A DNA stretch of 64,000 nucleotides from Catajapyx aquilonaris (GCA_000934665.2 KZ538127.1:1-64000); one strand, 5' to 3'. Shown: positions 12,166-23,440, counted from the first letter of the stretch. Made by a program: numbers and translations. Notes: generated by a model not told the origin, from the sequence alone.

Positions 12166-12329
12166 GGATTGTTCCCGAATGAATCTAACAGTCCAGCCAA
12201 AGGATCCAAGAGGCAGTGGAAGGCACCTGCTGACTCAATTAGCTCCAAACTAGGTATATTTTGTCATATGTTTTGTTGCAGTAGTTGATTGTTGAAAAAA
12301 ACAACAATTAATAACAAGGGTTCGATTTC

Positions 12330-13406
12330 ATGAACTGGCCCTACCATTATCATCTATCTGAAGGTGAGATGCCCTGTGCCAACAGCCCAAAGATGGAGAT
12401 GTCGAGAAGGACGAGGAGCATCAGTAGGAGTAACGTTGCGGAGCTGGAACAACCTCAGACGCAAGCGCTGGATGGGTACGGGCTCAGGCTTGTCGCATCG
12501 GCTGCGTGCTACCCGATGGATTACGCTAAGATACTGATGCAGCTGGGTTTTGAGCCGATTCCGCCTCAGCCTGGAAGGACGCTCTTTGGAAGCCAAGCCC
12601 TTTTCCTGCCGAATGTTTTCAAGTACATTGCTTTCATAAAGCGTCAGGATGGGTTTCTCGGATGCTATCGGGGTTTGACCCCTCGTATCCTGACCAGCGT
12701 GGTAAGCAGGATGACCCATCAGAAGGTCACGGAGGTGCTGAACGAAAAGTTTCCTAATGAAGACCATACCAGCCCAGAGAATAGCAAATCTGAATCTACA
12801 GGAGCTGAGTTCTTACGTGTCGTGAGCCATGATCTTCTTGCACGACTTGTTGCTTTGGTTGCGAGTCAGCCGCTACAAGTGATCACAATCCGATGTGTGG
12901 CACAATTTGTGGGCAGGGAGACAGTGTACAGTGGAGTATTTGGTGCGGCCTGCGAGGTATACAGAGAGAATGGGATACAAGGGTATTTTCAAGGGCTTGT
13001 GCCAAGGCTGGTTGGAGAGGCTGTCTCCGTCTGCATCACCAGTGGGCTCGTGTACCTTGTCAATAACTATGTGGGACACAATAAGGATCTACTAGTATGT
13101 GCACAGCCAGTCATTTCGTTATTTGCCACTTCCATCACCTATCCCTACCAAGTTGTGAGCACCTGCATGGCTGTCAATAACTCTGGCCTGGCTCTCAGCC
13201 GTCCACCTTACATGATCAGCTTCGCCTCATCAAAGGACTGCTACGACCACCTGGCTCGCGCAAATCAGCTGAAGAGAGGTGGATCCATCTTCTTCCGCTT
13301 CTACACTGGACCATACGTTACAGTGAACGGAGAGATGGTGGCCACGCAGATCAGCACCTCAACCACCCATAAGCCTGACATCCCAATCAGGAACACTGGC
13401 AGCTAA
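12330..13406 (+). CDS. MTCH2: Mitochondrial carrier homolog (MTCH2-like), intronless copy A
   Basis: YPMDYAKILMQLGFEPIPPQPGRTLFG...LPNVFKY...DGFLGCYRGLTPR, QFVGRETVYSG and MAVNNSGL are MTCH-family signatures. Single 358-aa ORF; the start codon is uncertain among several ATGs. Confidence 0.9.
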   Translation: MNWPYHYHLSEGEMPCANSPKMEMSRRTRSISRSNVAELEQPQTQALDGYGLRLVASAACYPMDYAKILMQLGFEPIPPQPGRTLFGSQALFLPNVFKYIAFIKRQDGFLGCYRGLTPRILTSVVSRMTHQKVTEVLNEKFPNEDHTSPENSKSESTGAEFLRVVSHDLLARLVALVASQPLQVITIRCVAQFVGRETVYSGVFGAACEVYRENGIQGYFQGLVPRLVGEAVSVCITSGLVYLVNNYVGHNKDLLVCAQPVISLFATSITYPYQVVSTCMAVNNSGLALSRPPYMISFASSKDCYDHLARANQLKRGGSIFFRFYTGPYVTVNGEMVATQISTSTTHKPDIPIRNTGS

Positions 13407-13534
13407 ATGCAATCAAGCTTGTGCCCAATTGAAGTAGTCTAAATTGGAATACATCAGTGCATACATATTCGCAAGAGGCCAATGAATATCTTACGGAGGA
13501 TATCAAACATGCACTATGTAAGTCTGTGACCCCT

Positions 13535-13720
13535 TCTCTACAATGTACAATTTAACCGCAATTAATTAAACAAATTTGTTGCAGATTTCATCTTGCCCTT
13601 GCAGGTCAATATACACTGAGGTTGCTTCCTCTTAAACAATGATAACAAGTTGTCCAGCATTACATTTTTGGAACTGACAGTGAGCAACTGGGTGACCTTC
13701 TTCCAACCACTTGATTCGCA
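13535..13720 (+). pseudogene. Decayed remnant of a second MATH-gene copy
   Basis: 13535-13635 aligns to 10745-10885 (tctacaatg..aaccgc.att..ttg(ct)gcagat..tttc.tcttgccc..gcaggt.aatat.cactga.gtt.ct..tcctctta). gaccttcttccaac at ~13694 resembles gacctccttccaaac (DLLP) in the MATH CDS. Confidence 0.55.
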
Positions 13721-14379
13721 CAGGAAATGCCATTTTGGATACGGATTGTGAAAAGACAGCTGATGTTCGTGGCACTGGCGTTTGTGCAGTAATGTTTCCT
13801 CTTTTAAGTTCTATTTCTTGAGGCTAGTGATGAAAAGAATATGAAGAAAAATCTGTTTTATCAGGCTATGACTATAATGGCTTTTAAATATTGATATTTT
13901 AATGTCTTTGTAACAGTGGATAATAGGGCCAATAAACATATTTCTACCTGTTTTTTTCTGGTTATGACTAATGGCTACATTTTATATAAGCAACAGTCTA
14001 AAATGTAAACCACAGTGTCAATAAACATTTGTAATAAGGATCATGCTTACATAATTTATTACTTTTTTCCACAGTAATTGTCGTCCACTAATTATTAGAG
14101 GTTGCTAGACAAATGAGGTAACCTGCGAACATTCTTTGTATTCTCCCAAAATAGTCAACTGCAGGTTTTACTAAGGTGTTTTTAACTGCCGGAGACATCC
14201 AGTTTGATACTGAATAAATCTTACGGTCCAGCCAAGCATCCAAGAGCGGCTCCAGAGGCCTGCAAGCCATCGGCTGATTCAAAAGCTGCCTTCAGTTCCA
14301 ATTAGGTATTTGCATATTTGTTTGCAGTTCCTGTTAGTTGCCTATTGTTGCCAGCAATAATTAGAATGTTATACCATAT

Positions 14380-15444
14380 ATGTCTGAAGAGGAGGTGCCC
14401 AGTACCAACAGCAACAAAGGAAAGATGGAAACGTTGACATTCAGCATGAGCTACAGCTGGGGGAGGAACATGGCCGAGATGGAACGTTATCTCTTACAAC
14501 CACTGGATGGGTATGGATTCAATATTGTAGAATGGGCTGTCAGCTACCCGATGGAATACGCCAATATGCTGATGCAGTTGGGGTATGAACCGATGCCGCC
14601 ACGGCCTGACACGACAATCTTCGGAACCTCAGCCCTGTATCTGCCAAATATTTTTCAGTACATTGGCTACATAATGAGTCGGGATGGGTTTCTGGGATGC
14701 TATCGGGGTTTGGCTCCTCGTATGGTGACCAGTTTCGTAAGCAAGTTCACCCATCGGAAGATCAAGGAGGTGCTGAAGAAGGTATTTCCCGATGAAGACA
14801 TCGCCAACCCGGATGAGAACGACAAACCTGAATGGAGCGGAATCAAGTTCTTACGTTTCGTGAGCCTCGATCTTCTTGCACGACTTGTTGCTTTGGTTGC
14901 CAGTCATCCGCTACGTGTCGTCACAGTCCGATGTGTGGCACAATTTGTAAGCAAGGAGACTGCGTACACTGGAGTATTGTCTGGAGCATGGGAAGTATAC
15001 AAACAGAATGGCATAGGAGGGTATTTTCAAGGGCTCATGCCGAAGCTGATGGGAGAGGCTGCCTCCGTCTGCATCACCAGTGGGCTCATGTACCTTGTCA
15101 ATAACTATGTGGGACGCTATAAGGATCTAGAGTTTTGGGCATGGCCAGTTATTTCGGGGGTTGCCATCTCCTTCACCCATCCCTACTCAGTCGTGAGTAA
15201 CTCCATGGCTGTCAATAACTCTGGCCTGGCCATCAGCAGTCCGCCTTACAATATCAGCCATGCCTCATCAAAGGACTGCTACAACCACCTGGCGCACACA
15301 AATCAGCTGATGAGAGGTGCATTCTACTTCTTCCGCTTCTACACCGGACCATATGTTATGGTGAATGGGGAGATGGTGGCCAAGCCAACCTCCATCTCAA
15401 CCACCTATGAGCCTGACATCCTAATCAGGAACACTGGAAGTTAA
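14380..15444 (+). CDS. MTCH2: Mitochondrial carrier homolog (MTCH2-like), intronless copy B
   Basis: 354-aa ORF colinear with copy A (YPMEYANMLMQLGYEP, DGFLGCYRGLAPR, identical C-terminal IRNTGS*). AATAAA at 15514-15519. Confidence 0.9.
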   Translation: MSEEEVPSTNSNKGKMETLTFSMSYSWGRNMAEMERYLLQPLDGYGFNIVEWAVSYPMEYANMLMQLGYEPMPPRPDTTIFGTSALYLPNIFQYIGYIMSRDGFLGCYRGLAPRMVTSFVSKFTHRKIKEVLKKVFPDEDIANPDENDKPEWSGIKFLRFVSLDLLARLVALVASHPLRVVTVRCVAQFVSKETAYTGVLSGAWEVYKQNGIGGYFQGLMPKLMGEAASVCITSGLMYLVNNYVGRYKDLEFWAWPVISGVAISFTHPYSVVSNSMAVNNSGLAISSPPYNISHASSKDCYNHLAHTNQLMRGAFYFFRFYTGPYVMVNGEMVAKPTSISTTYEPDILIRNTGS

Positions 15445-16071
15445 GACTCGAGGAAATTAACTTGTGCACGACTGAAATAGTCAAAATGGAAGATATCAGT
15501 GTTAGGTTCATTCAATAAAAAAATGGTTTTTTGTAATGTCCAGTTTTGTTTATTTAAAATTTACCATAATAGATTTTCAGATGCAAAGGTGAGGTCATCT
15601 CCAAGTTGAGAGTTCATGCAAACATGGTGAAGAAATAATATTGTGGACAATGGCCAGGTAGACAGGATAAAACGCCCAAAAGTAATATGGGCAAGTAGTT
15701 TTTAGCGCAGTTGCTTAGTTAATGCATACAGCGTCTTTATAGTTTAATGACATCATATTCACCCTGCCAGCTTAAAAGCATTAAAAGCCAGCTGGAGCAC
15801 CTCTGAATAATCCGACATTGAGAGCGTAAATCATCGTCCATGTACAATAGTTGACCCGTTGACACCTGGTTGAGGAGCATTGTCGACTCCACCATCCATT
15901 CGCAAATGGCGAGCAGAGTCTAATTGGAAAAGTGTTTCCTTAAAACTTATGGATTTAATGAGACATTTAAAAAAAGCTGATTCTTTTGTTTGTACAACTT
16001 TGAAAGAAAAGTTAGTAGCATTTTAAGCACGTGCAGAGGTCTGAAATAATTTGAAGACAGTACTGACATTA

Positions 16072-16876
16072 TCACTCATTGTCACTGTCATCGCTGTCCT
16101 CACCACCACGAATAATTTTTTTCTTGCCTACAGTAATTCCAGGTTTCTTTGGTGCTGCTCCTGGCTCATCCGGTGGGTTCGCGAGATCTCCCGAGTATTC
16201 AATGACCCCTGCTTGAGCAATCCTCCACTCCATCCTCTCGGTGGAGAAGTCATCCTTGTTGCCCAAGTCCGTGAATCCAATGATCTTGTCCTTTGTCTTC
16301 CCATCATGAATCAACAAGATGGTTGGAATGATTCGTATATTCAACCGACCTGAAAGAGGGAGCATGATGTCACAAATGGCATGTCCTGAACTACCGAAGA
16401 GTGACCCGTGAGCCACACCATACCTGTGAGAAATGGAGCCCTCTCAACATCCAGCTTGCAGAACTTGGCCTCCAAATGCTTCCTTGCCAGCAGATCCAAG
16501 TGCTTGTCCACAATCTTGCATCGGAAGGCACTCTCCCTGTAGAAGTGGCACACCACCCTCTCGCTCTGCTTGCTCACGTCGAAAAACTCCTTCTCTTCCG
16601 TCAACTCGCTGTACTCTCCGTGACCCTACAAGAACATTTTTTATTATTATTTCTATGCAACGATGGCAGTAGCATCAAGCACCGAACCTTCGTCATCCAC
16701 TCCTGCTTCAGCTTGGCCTGCTTCTTCAGAGCCTGTATCCTCTCCTGCCTGATCTTTTCCAAGTCATCTTCATCAAGCCGTTCCAACTTCTGCAACTCAG
16801 AATCCAGGTGGTCTTCTACGATCCGAGCCGCTGCGGCCAGCTGCGACTCCAACTGCTCCACCGCATTACCAGACAT
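16072..16876 (-). CDS. TXNDC9: Thioredoxin domain-containing protein 9 / phosducin-like protein 3 (222 aa)
   Basis: Exons 16688-16876, 16424-16625 and 16072-16349 join in frame. Motifs [14 protein letters not shown]...[38 protein letters not shown] and an acidic C-terminus. Probable 5'-UTR intron 16886-17355. Confidence 0.93.
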
Positions 16877-16936
16877 ATCTTAAAACTGGAGAAAAAATGG
16901 AGTCGTCTTAAATTAGTCTAGAAAATGGGAGCTGCA

Positions 16937-17258
16937 ACGTTCGAACAGGGTCTAATGAGAAGACACGTTCGAACATGTTCTAATGAGAAGACACGTTCGA
17001 ACATGTTCTAATGAAAAGACACGTTCGAACAGGTTCTAATGAGAAGACACGTTCGAACAGGTTCTAATGAAAAGACACGTTCGAACAGGTTCTAATGAAA
17101 AGACATGTTCGAACAGGTTCTAATGAAAAGACACGTTCGAACACGTTCTGATCAGAAGGCATGTTCGAACATGTTCTAATGAGAAGACACTACGTTCGAA
17201 CAGGTTCTAATGAGAGAAGACACGTTCGAACAGGTTCTAATGAGAAGACACGTTCGAA
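16937..17258. repeat. 28-bp minisatellite (~11 copies), unit ACGTTCGAACAGGTTCTAATGAGAAGAC
   Basis: Period of 28 is directly visible (acgttcgaac at 16937, 16965, ...). Lies in the probable TXNDC9 5'-UTR intron. Confidence 0.95.
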
Positions 17259-17619
17259 TGAGAATCTTCAACAAGTGTTGACATTGTTCTTACTGCAGCT
17301 AAACATTACTCTGTACTTTCCCAAGTACCAAACCTAATTATTTCAATGCAATTACCTTTCTTTTAATGCCTGCAGAGAGTATGTAACAGCTAGGCCTCTT
17401 ACACACAGGGCGTGTCAAAAGGTGTCTAAAAAAGGAGAAGGAAAGTTCGTGTGAGCGTGACCGGTTCCCTCAGAACGTGGGAGACACCACCGGATGTCTC
17501 GGAAATACGTCGTTACATGACTACACAATTGCGCCACCAACACGGTGCTTATTACTTCATTAAAATAATTGTTAAAATCATGATTATAAATACTTGTGTT
17601 AAATATTAAAATTACATGC

Positions 17620-17735
17620 CATCTGGCAATCCTTGCATAATTGCTTCGTCTGGTCACCCTGATCCAACATGGCCGCCAGACACGTGCAAAATATTGCGGA
17701 TTATCGCAATTCGAGTTAATTTGCAGGTTTTACGG
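17620..17735. promoter_or_regulatory. Bidirectional TXNDC9/DDX31 promoter region
   Basis: Genes are head-to-head. ATCTGGCAATCCTT 17621-17634, GTCTGGTCACCCTG 17648-17661 and YY1-like CAACATGGCCGCC 17665-17677 lie about 80 bp before the DDX31 ATG. Confidence 0.65.
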
Positions 17736-17756
17736 TACTATTTTAATTGTTGAAAG

Positions 17757-19950
17757 ATGTCAGGGTTGATGCTGAACATTGTGACGACTCCGGCCAAACA
17801 GATAAGACCGGCTCAACAGGCGAAGAAGCCAGCCGTTGATACAAAACGGCCAGCTCCTATTAGGTACATTACATATTTTGTGTTGTATACAGTGCAGGGT
17901 ATGCTGACTCACCTTGTACATTCCATATTTTATATTGTACAGTGCAAGGTATGCTGACTCACCTTGTACATTACAGACCTGTCAGGAAGCTACAGCCAAA
18001 ATGGAGCGTGTCTGACGTTGAGCCCAAACCGAAGCGGACAGGCGAGCCGCTACTGAAGCAACATCTGCAGCCACCTGCAGGGAAACGCAGCCGTTCAGAC
18101 CAAGATGAGCCGGAGCCAAAGCGTAAGAAAGTTGGGGAAGTCGTCAGGACGTCACTGTTCACCGGAATGGTGCCGGAACCACATGTGAACATCGCGTCAA
18201 CCACGGCCATAAAAGAGGAGCTGTTCTCATCTAAAAGTTTCTCCGACCTGTCCATTCTCAACCCGCACCTTGTCCGCGTGTTGTCCCAGCAACTCTCGGC
18301 TGACCAAATGACCAGCATACAATTGCATGCTGTTAGTACGTTGCTGCGTGAGAGTACAGACCATGGGGAGGACCGCGACGTGATAATCCGGGCCGAGACA
18401 GGCTCTGGAAAGACGTTGGCGTATGCAGTTCCGTTGATTCAACGTCTGATGGCGATGGAACCTAAAATAAAACGGACTGACGGCACCCTCATGCTGGTTG
18501 TGGTTCCAACCCGGGAGCTGGCGCAACAGACTCTAAAGGTGATTACGGCGCTGAGTGGATGCTGCAAATGGGTCGTGGCAGGCGCTGTTTACGGCGGGGA
18601 TCGGCGCAAAGCTGAGAAGGCACGGCTACGGAAGGGCATCAATTTGCTGATTGCGACTCCAGGCCGCCTGCAGGACCACCTCAATTCCACAGCAGTCCTG
18701 GACCTCAGTCGGGTCCAGTGGTTGGTCTTGGATGAAGCGGATCGGATGTTGGAGCTTGGGTAATGCTGTTCTCTTAGTTTTGGTAGGTCACGACTGATCA
18801 ATTTGTCACTACACGTAGGTACCAAGTGGCTCTGAAGAGCATAATCGCAGCTGTCCCGGAGCGACGTCGGACAGTATTGCTCTCGGCAACTATGCCCCCG
18901 GAGGTGGAGCAGTTGGCGGCTCTAAGTCTGCGAAACCCGCTCAGAATCGAGTGCGAGACATCCGAAGCGGTTGCGGACATGCCTCTCGTGGCGCCATCTA
19001 GCCTGAAGCAGGCTTACATCATTCTTCCACCAAAACTGCGACTCGTGGCCACACTTGGGTTCCTACACTCGACGGCTGAACAGTCGCCAACAGGAGGAGT
19101 GAAGGCTCTTCTCTTCTTGGCTACCCAGGCACAAGTTGACTTCTTTGCCGACCTATTCTGCCTGGAAGAAGCTGCGGCTGAGGAGGACAATCCAGGTAAG
19201 ATAGTCTGAATGGAACTCTCATGTAAGTGCTAATGTTGCTGTCCAACAGATCCGAGTCACATATCAGTCGACTTCTTCCGCCTGCATGGCTCCATGGACC
19301 ATGGCGAACGTCAGCAGGTGTTCCAGAACTTCCGCAAGGCACGTTCAGGCGTCCTTTTGACAACGGATGTGGGTGCTCGTGGAGTGGACATTGAGGGGGT
19401 CAATCTGGTTGTCCAGCTGGATCTTCCCTCAACCCCGGAAGATTATCTGCACCGTGTGGGCCGAACAGCACGAAGAGGCCGCAGTGGAACTAGCCTCACC
19501 ATTCTCATGCCATCTGAGGCTGGGTTTCTAGAAGTCTTATCGCAACGAAGACTTCATCCGGAGCAGACATCGCTAGAGCGTGCTCTTGGAGATTGGGCTC
19601 GGTCGGACAAGCTCAAAGCAATGCAAGAAAGGATCGAAGATGCAATTGAGGATGATAAGAGCCTACGAGAGAAGGCCGTGAATGCGTTCCGGTCATGGCT
19701 ACGTTCATATGCAGGGAGGCCAAGGGTAGCAAAGGAAGTGATGCCCTTTCACCAACTGCATCTGGGACACTGCGCTAAAGGGTTCGGACTGTCGAGGGCA
19801 CCTTCGCAGTTGGGAAGTTTCGCATGGAAAAAGCCAGACAAGAACGAATGGTCCGAGTCAAGGAACCAGGGTGCCAAGCAAGGGATGAGACTTGGACATG
19901 TGGACGTATTGTCCGAGTTTGACTCTGGGCTCCCTAAGAAGAAAAAATAG
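17757..19950 (+). CDS. DDX31: DEAD-box RNA helicase DDX31/Dbp7 (655 aa)
   Basis: Exons 17757-17863, 17977-18759, 18819-19195 and 19250-19950 join in frame. Motifs AETGSGKT, PTRELA, DEAD, SAT and HRVGRTAR, plus the DDX31-typical RKAEKARLRKGINLLIATPGRL. Confidence 0.9.
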
Positions 19951-20238
19951 TTTGCAAAGGAGTAATAAACCACATCACTGAGATTGTCCTCCTTATAATT
20001 CACCTCTCATGAAACTGTTGTCGCATGATGTATCTCATTGCCCATATAATGATTGCAAATAAACAGAAGTAAAGACAGAAATAAGTAACATTTCAAAAAG
20101 AAAACATGCCTGTGAACCTAGTGGCATGACACCTTTGCGGCTTTTCCTACAAGTGGATCACTCAATTGCGGCTCATTTGCCACTTACGCAAATGCCTGAA
20201 AGGGTCCATTGTTTTTCTAGGCTCAGACAGGCTCGGAC

Positions 20239-22719
20239 TCACTGACGCTTACTCTTGGCAGCCTCCGAGAGCAACTTGTCCACCCGCCTCATGACTTCAG
20301 GATCCTCAGACTTATAAAGTTCCTCTGCTTCAGCGTCCAACTGACTCAGTTCCCGTTCGCCCTCCTTGGTTTTCCGATTAACAGCATCTATTTTGGCCTT
20401 CACCATCCTTGCAAACTCGTTGCACTGTGGACAAGACGAATAAGATAATTTCAATAAGTAGGCATGATAAACCATGCTATAAACAGCGTACTCACCTCTT
20501 GCGCTATTATACGCATATTCTTCTGGCATTCCTCCATCCTCTGGGCAGACTTATTCTTGCGTTCCTTTTCTTTCAAGTCCATATCTTTCAGCAGCATCTG
20601 TACTTCTTCCATACCGGCATGAATGCCTTGCAACTTGTTGCGCTTGGACTGAGCCTCTTTCAGTTCTATCTGATGGAGCTGCTCCTTCTTCCTCTTCGAC
20701 CACTCCATTGAGGCCTCCGCCACCTGCACCTTCAGCAGCTGGGCCTTCGACACCGCCATGCTCAGGCGCTTCTCCTGGTCCGCATACGCCAATTTGGCAG
20801 TGCTCGTCTCCGATTTAGCCACTCGGAGTTCTTCTTGGACAATTCTGCAATGAGTGCATTATGTAACTACAATAAAACTGCAGGATTTTTTAAAAAGTGG
20901 ATGAAACTCACTTTAGCTGTGCGGCATAATCCTTCAGATTCGCCATAGGTCCAGCCAGATTGTCTGCATCTTTTAAGAGCAGGCTGAGCTTCTCCTCCTC
21001 GGAGTGGAGCTGCCGCAGTTGTACCCTCTTCTTCCTACATACTTCTCGCTTCTCCTCAGCTTCCGTTTCCATCTCCTTCACCTGGTGCAAGGTGCGCTCA
21101 GGGCTTGTCACCTTCTGCTGACGTAACGTCGACAGCTCGTCTTGTAAGCGGTTCATTTTAGATTGGAAGGACGAAAATGCCTCCTCCACATTCATCTTTT
21201 CCTTGCCCATCTCTGAAACCTCGACGTCCAATGTGTTTTTCTCCCAGTCCATTGTCTGCAAATAGAGTGTTGGTCACAGCAGGGCAGTAATTACAACTGA
21301 GGATTGGAACAAACCTGTATTTCTTCCTTCAGTTCATCAATTTGACCTTCCAGCTCCCGCCCGTGCAGCATGGCCTCAGCCCTGGCCACCTCCAACTCCC
21401 CTCTCCGCCTGATGAGAGCCCCCACAGTGTGCGCCGCCTCCTCCTGCCTATCCCTGGCCAGAATGCAGTTATCCGACACCTGTTCCACATGCATCTCACA
21501 TCCGGGCATGTAAATCACAAAGTTCAGAATAGCGGACAAGAGGCGATCAGTCCGCTTCGGATTCGGCTGCAACAAGTCATTCAGACGAAAGTCGCTCACC
21601 CCCAACTTCCCCAGCACGTTTTGCATCGCCATCTTCAGGTACAACAAATAGCAGCTGCCCTCATAGTTATTATCCCTCTCCTGCTGCGACATATTCCTCT
21701 GCAAAAAAATAAAAATAAAGAGTAAACAAATAAATATCATTTATAAAAGGAGGGGGGAGGTTGTTTTGGCAAAGTACCGTATGGCATAGTGTAATATTTA
21801 AATTTAATATTGAGTGTCTGTCGTCTGAGGTGGGCAGGGGTGGGGTTGTTTTTAGGTTTATTTTCACGAGTTTTAATTATTAGTTCGTATGTTGGGTTAG
21901 CTTGCGTCTCCCTTCATCGCTGACTACCCCTCATAGGGAAATGTCGTGACGCTGATGATGATAATGATGATAAAAGGAAAGTTTGTTTGTTTGTCCATTT
22001 CATACCCATTTGGCAAATTGTGTTTGTTTGTCCGTTTCATACACAATTTGTACCTGTAGGGCAAAAGCCAGCAAAATCTGTGTTTGTCTGTTTGTTTGTC
22101 CATTTCACGCCCACTTGTTTGTCCATTTTATGCCCATTGGGTAAAGGCAATGTTTGTTTGTTTGTCCATTTCACGATACACAATATTCAAGAATGCCAAT
22201 AGGGCAAAAGCAGTGTTTGTCCAAATTTTATACCCAATTCACATGTACGTACAGGTTAATAGCAATATATTATATGTTTGTTTGTCCATTTCATGCCCCC
22301 AATAGGCAAAAGCGAAGTTTGCTTCTTTGTTTGTCCATTACTGTACCCAATTCCAAACCAATTCCATATGTATACCCTTCGTGGGTATTAAAGGCGGTGT
22401 GTCTGTTTGTTTGTCCAGGTTTTCAAGGCACCGGAGTAACGGCATGGCAATAATAACCTGATGGGGGTAAATCGTATGTTATTCCAGACGTTGTAGTTGT
22501 TGATATAATTACCTGCATGGCACCCACGACGTCGTAGCGCAGGTAGTCCAAACAGTGCAGGTAGATATCCTGCATTGTTTTGGAAGTGGGCTTGGCCAGG
22601 TCCTGTTCGGTCAGGTGAGCCAGGTCGGGGAAGATCGCGTGGATCATGCCCACCTGGTCGTCCTTCGGGTAGATCGGGAAGCTCAGCACCTCCCCTTCCA
22701 TTGCCCCAAGATCGGCCAT
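20239..22719 (-). CDS. NUF2: Kinetochore protein Nuf2 (Ndc80 complex, ~489 aa)
   Basis: Exons 22513-22719, 21315-21698, 20912-21255, 20496-20844 and 20239-20424 are in frame. N-terminal SFPIY...LTEQDLAKP...IY and GVSDFRLNDLLQPNPKRTDRLLSAILNF fit the Nuf2 CH domain, followed by a long coiled coil. Confidence 0.85.
21975..22420. repeat. Degenerate tandem array of TGTTTGTTTGTCCATTTCA-containing units in NUF2 intron 1
   Basis: About 9 recurrences of tgtttgtcc(a)ttt with variable spacers, several containing gggcaaaagc. Confidence 0.8.
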
Positions 22720-22826
22720 CCGAGACCCTTTCTTTGGTCGAAGGAAGGAAGGGAAAAAAGGCAGACCAAAGAAGAACGAAGGAGGAAAATGTCTTTCACG
22801 TTCGACACCAACGACCGTTGCCGCTT

Positions 22827-22928
22827 CAGGGTTGCCAGACGGTGCCTCCCTCCCACCAGAAGGAAACAGGGTTACCAGATGTTCAGTCACGTGACAGTCA
22901 CGTGATCAAACATGGCCCCCCCGCCAAA
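22827..22928. promoter_or_regulatory. NUF2 promoter motif cluster
   Basis: CAGGGTTGCCAGAC 22827-22840, CAGGGTTACCAGAT 22867-22880, tandem E-boxes GTCACGTGAC 22886-22895 and GTCACGTGAT 22897-22906, AAACATGGC 22908-22916, E2F-like CCCGCCAAA 22920-22928. Confidence 0.65.
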
Positions 22929-23440
22929 TATGAAATCAGCTCATCACCAGTCAATATAATTATATATTTTTTTCACAGTGTTTACAGATTCTGCAAACAA
23001 TAATATAGTACAAATGACTTTCCAAAAAAAAAGAGAGAGAGAAAAAAAAACCAACGTATCGTATGTGCTCAACAATCAACGTGTACAGGACCGTCTTAAA
23101 ATACGTTCATAATATTAATAAAAGTCCAGCTGAAACTCAAAATCATTGCAACATTGGCAAGATTTGCAAATTTGATTTTTTTCGGGGGGGTCACAAACAG
23201 GCATACAAACACACTTTAAAAAAAAAATTAATAATCACACTGCACCAAACATATGTCTCGCCTTATGTTTAAAAATCACAAGGCCTTTTGGAATGGCACT
23301 TTAATAAAGCAAAAAAAAACACCCTTTGCGGATGGTGAGAATTACAAGGTTTCATTGCAGTTACAACCTTGTAATTCTCACCCTTGTTAAGCACCTGTCG
23401 CGTTTTCAAATCTTTGGTTGCTCCATTTTTTTTATTTTTT

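Noticed and set aside
16937..17258. CRISPR-like appearance (28-bp palindromic repeat)
   Set aside because: Units are contiguous with no unique spacers, there are no cas genes, and the context is a eukaryotic intron.
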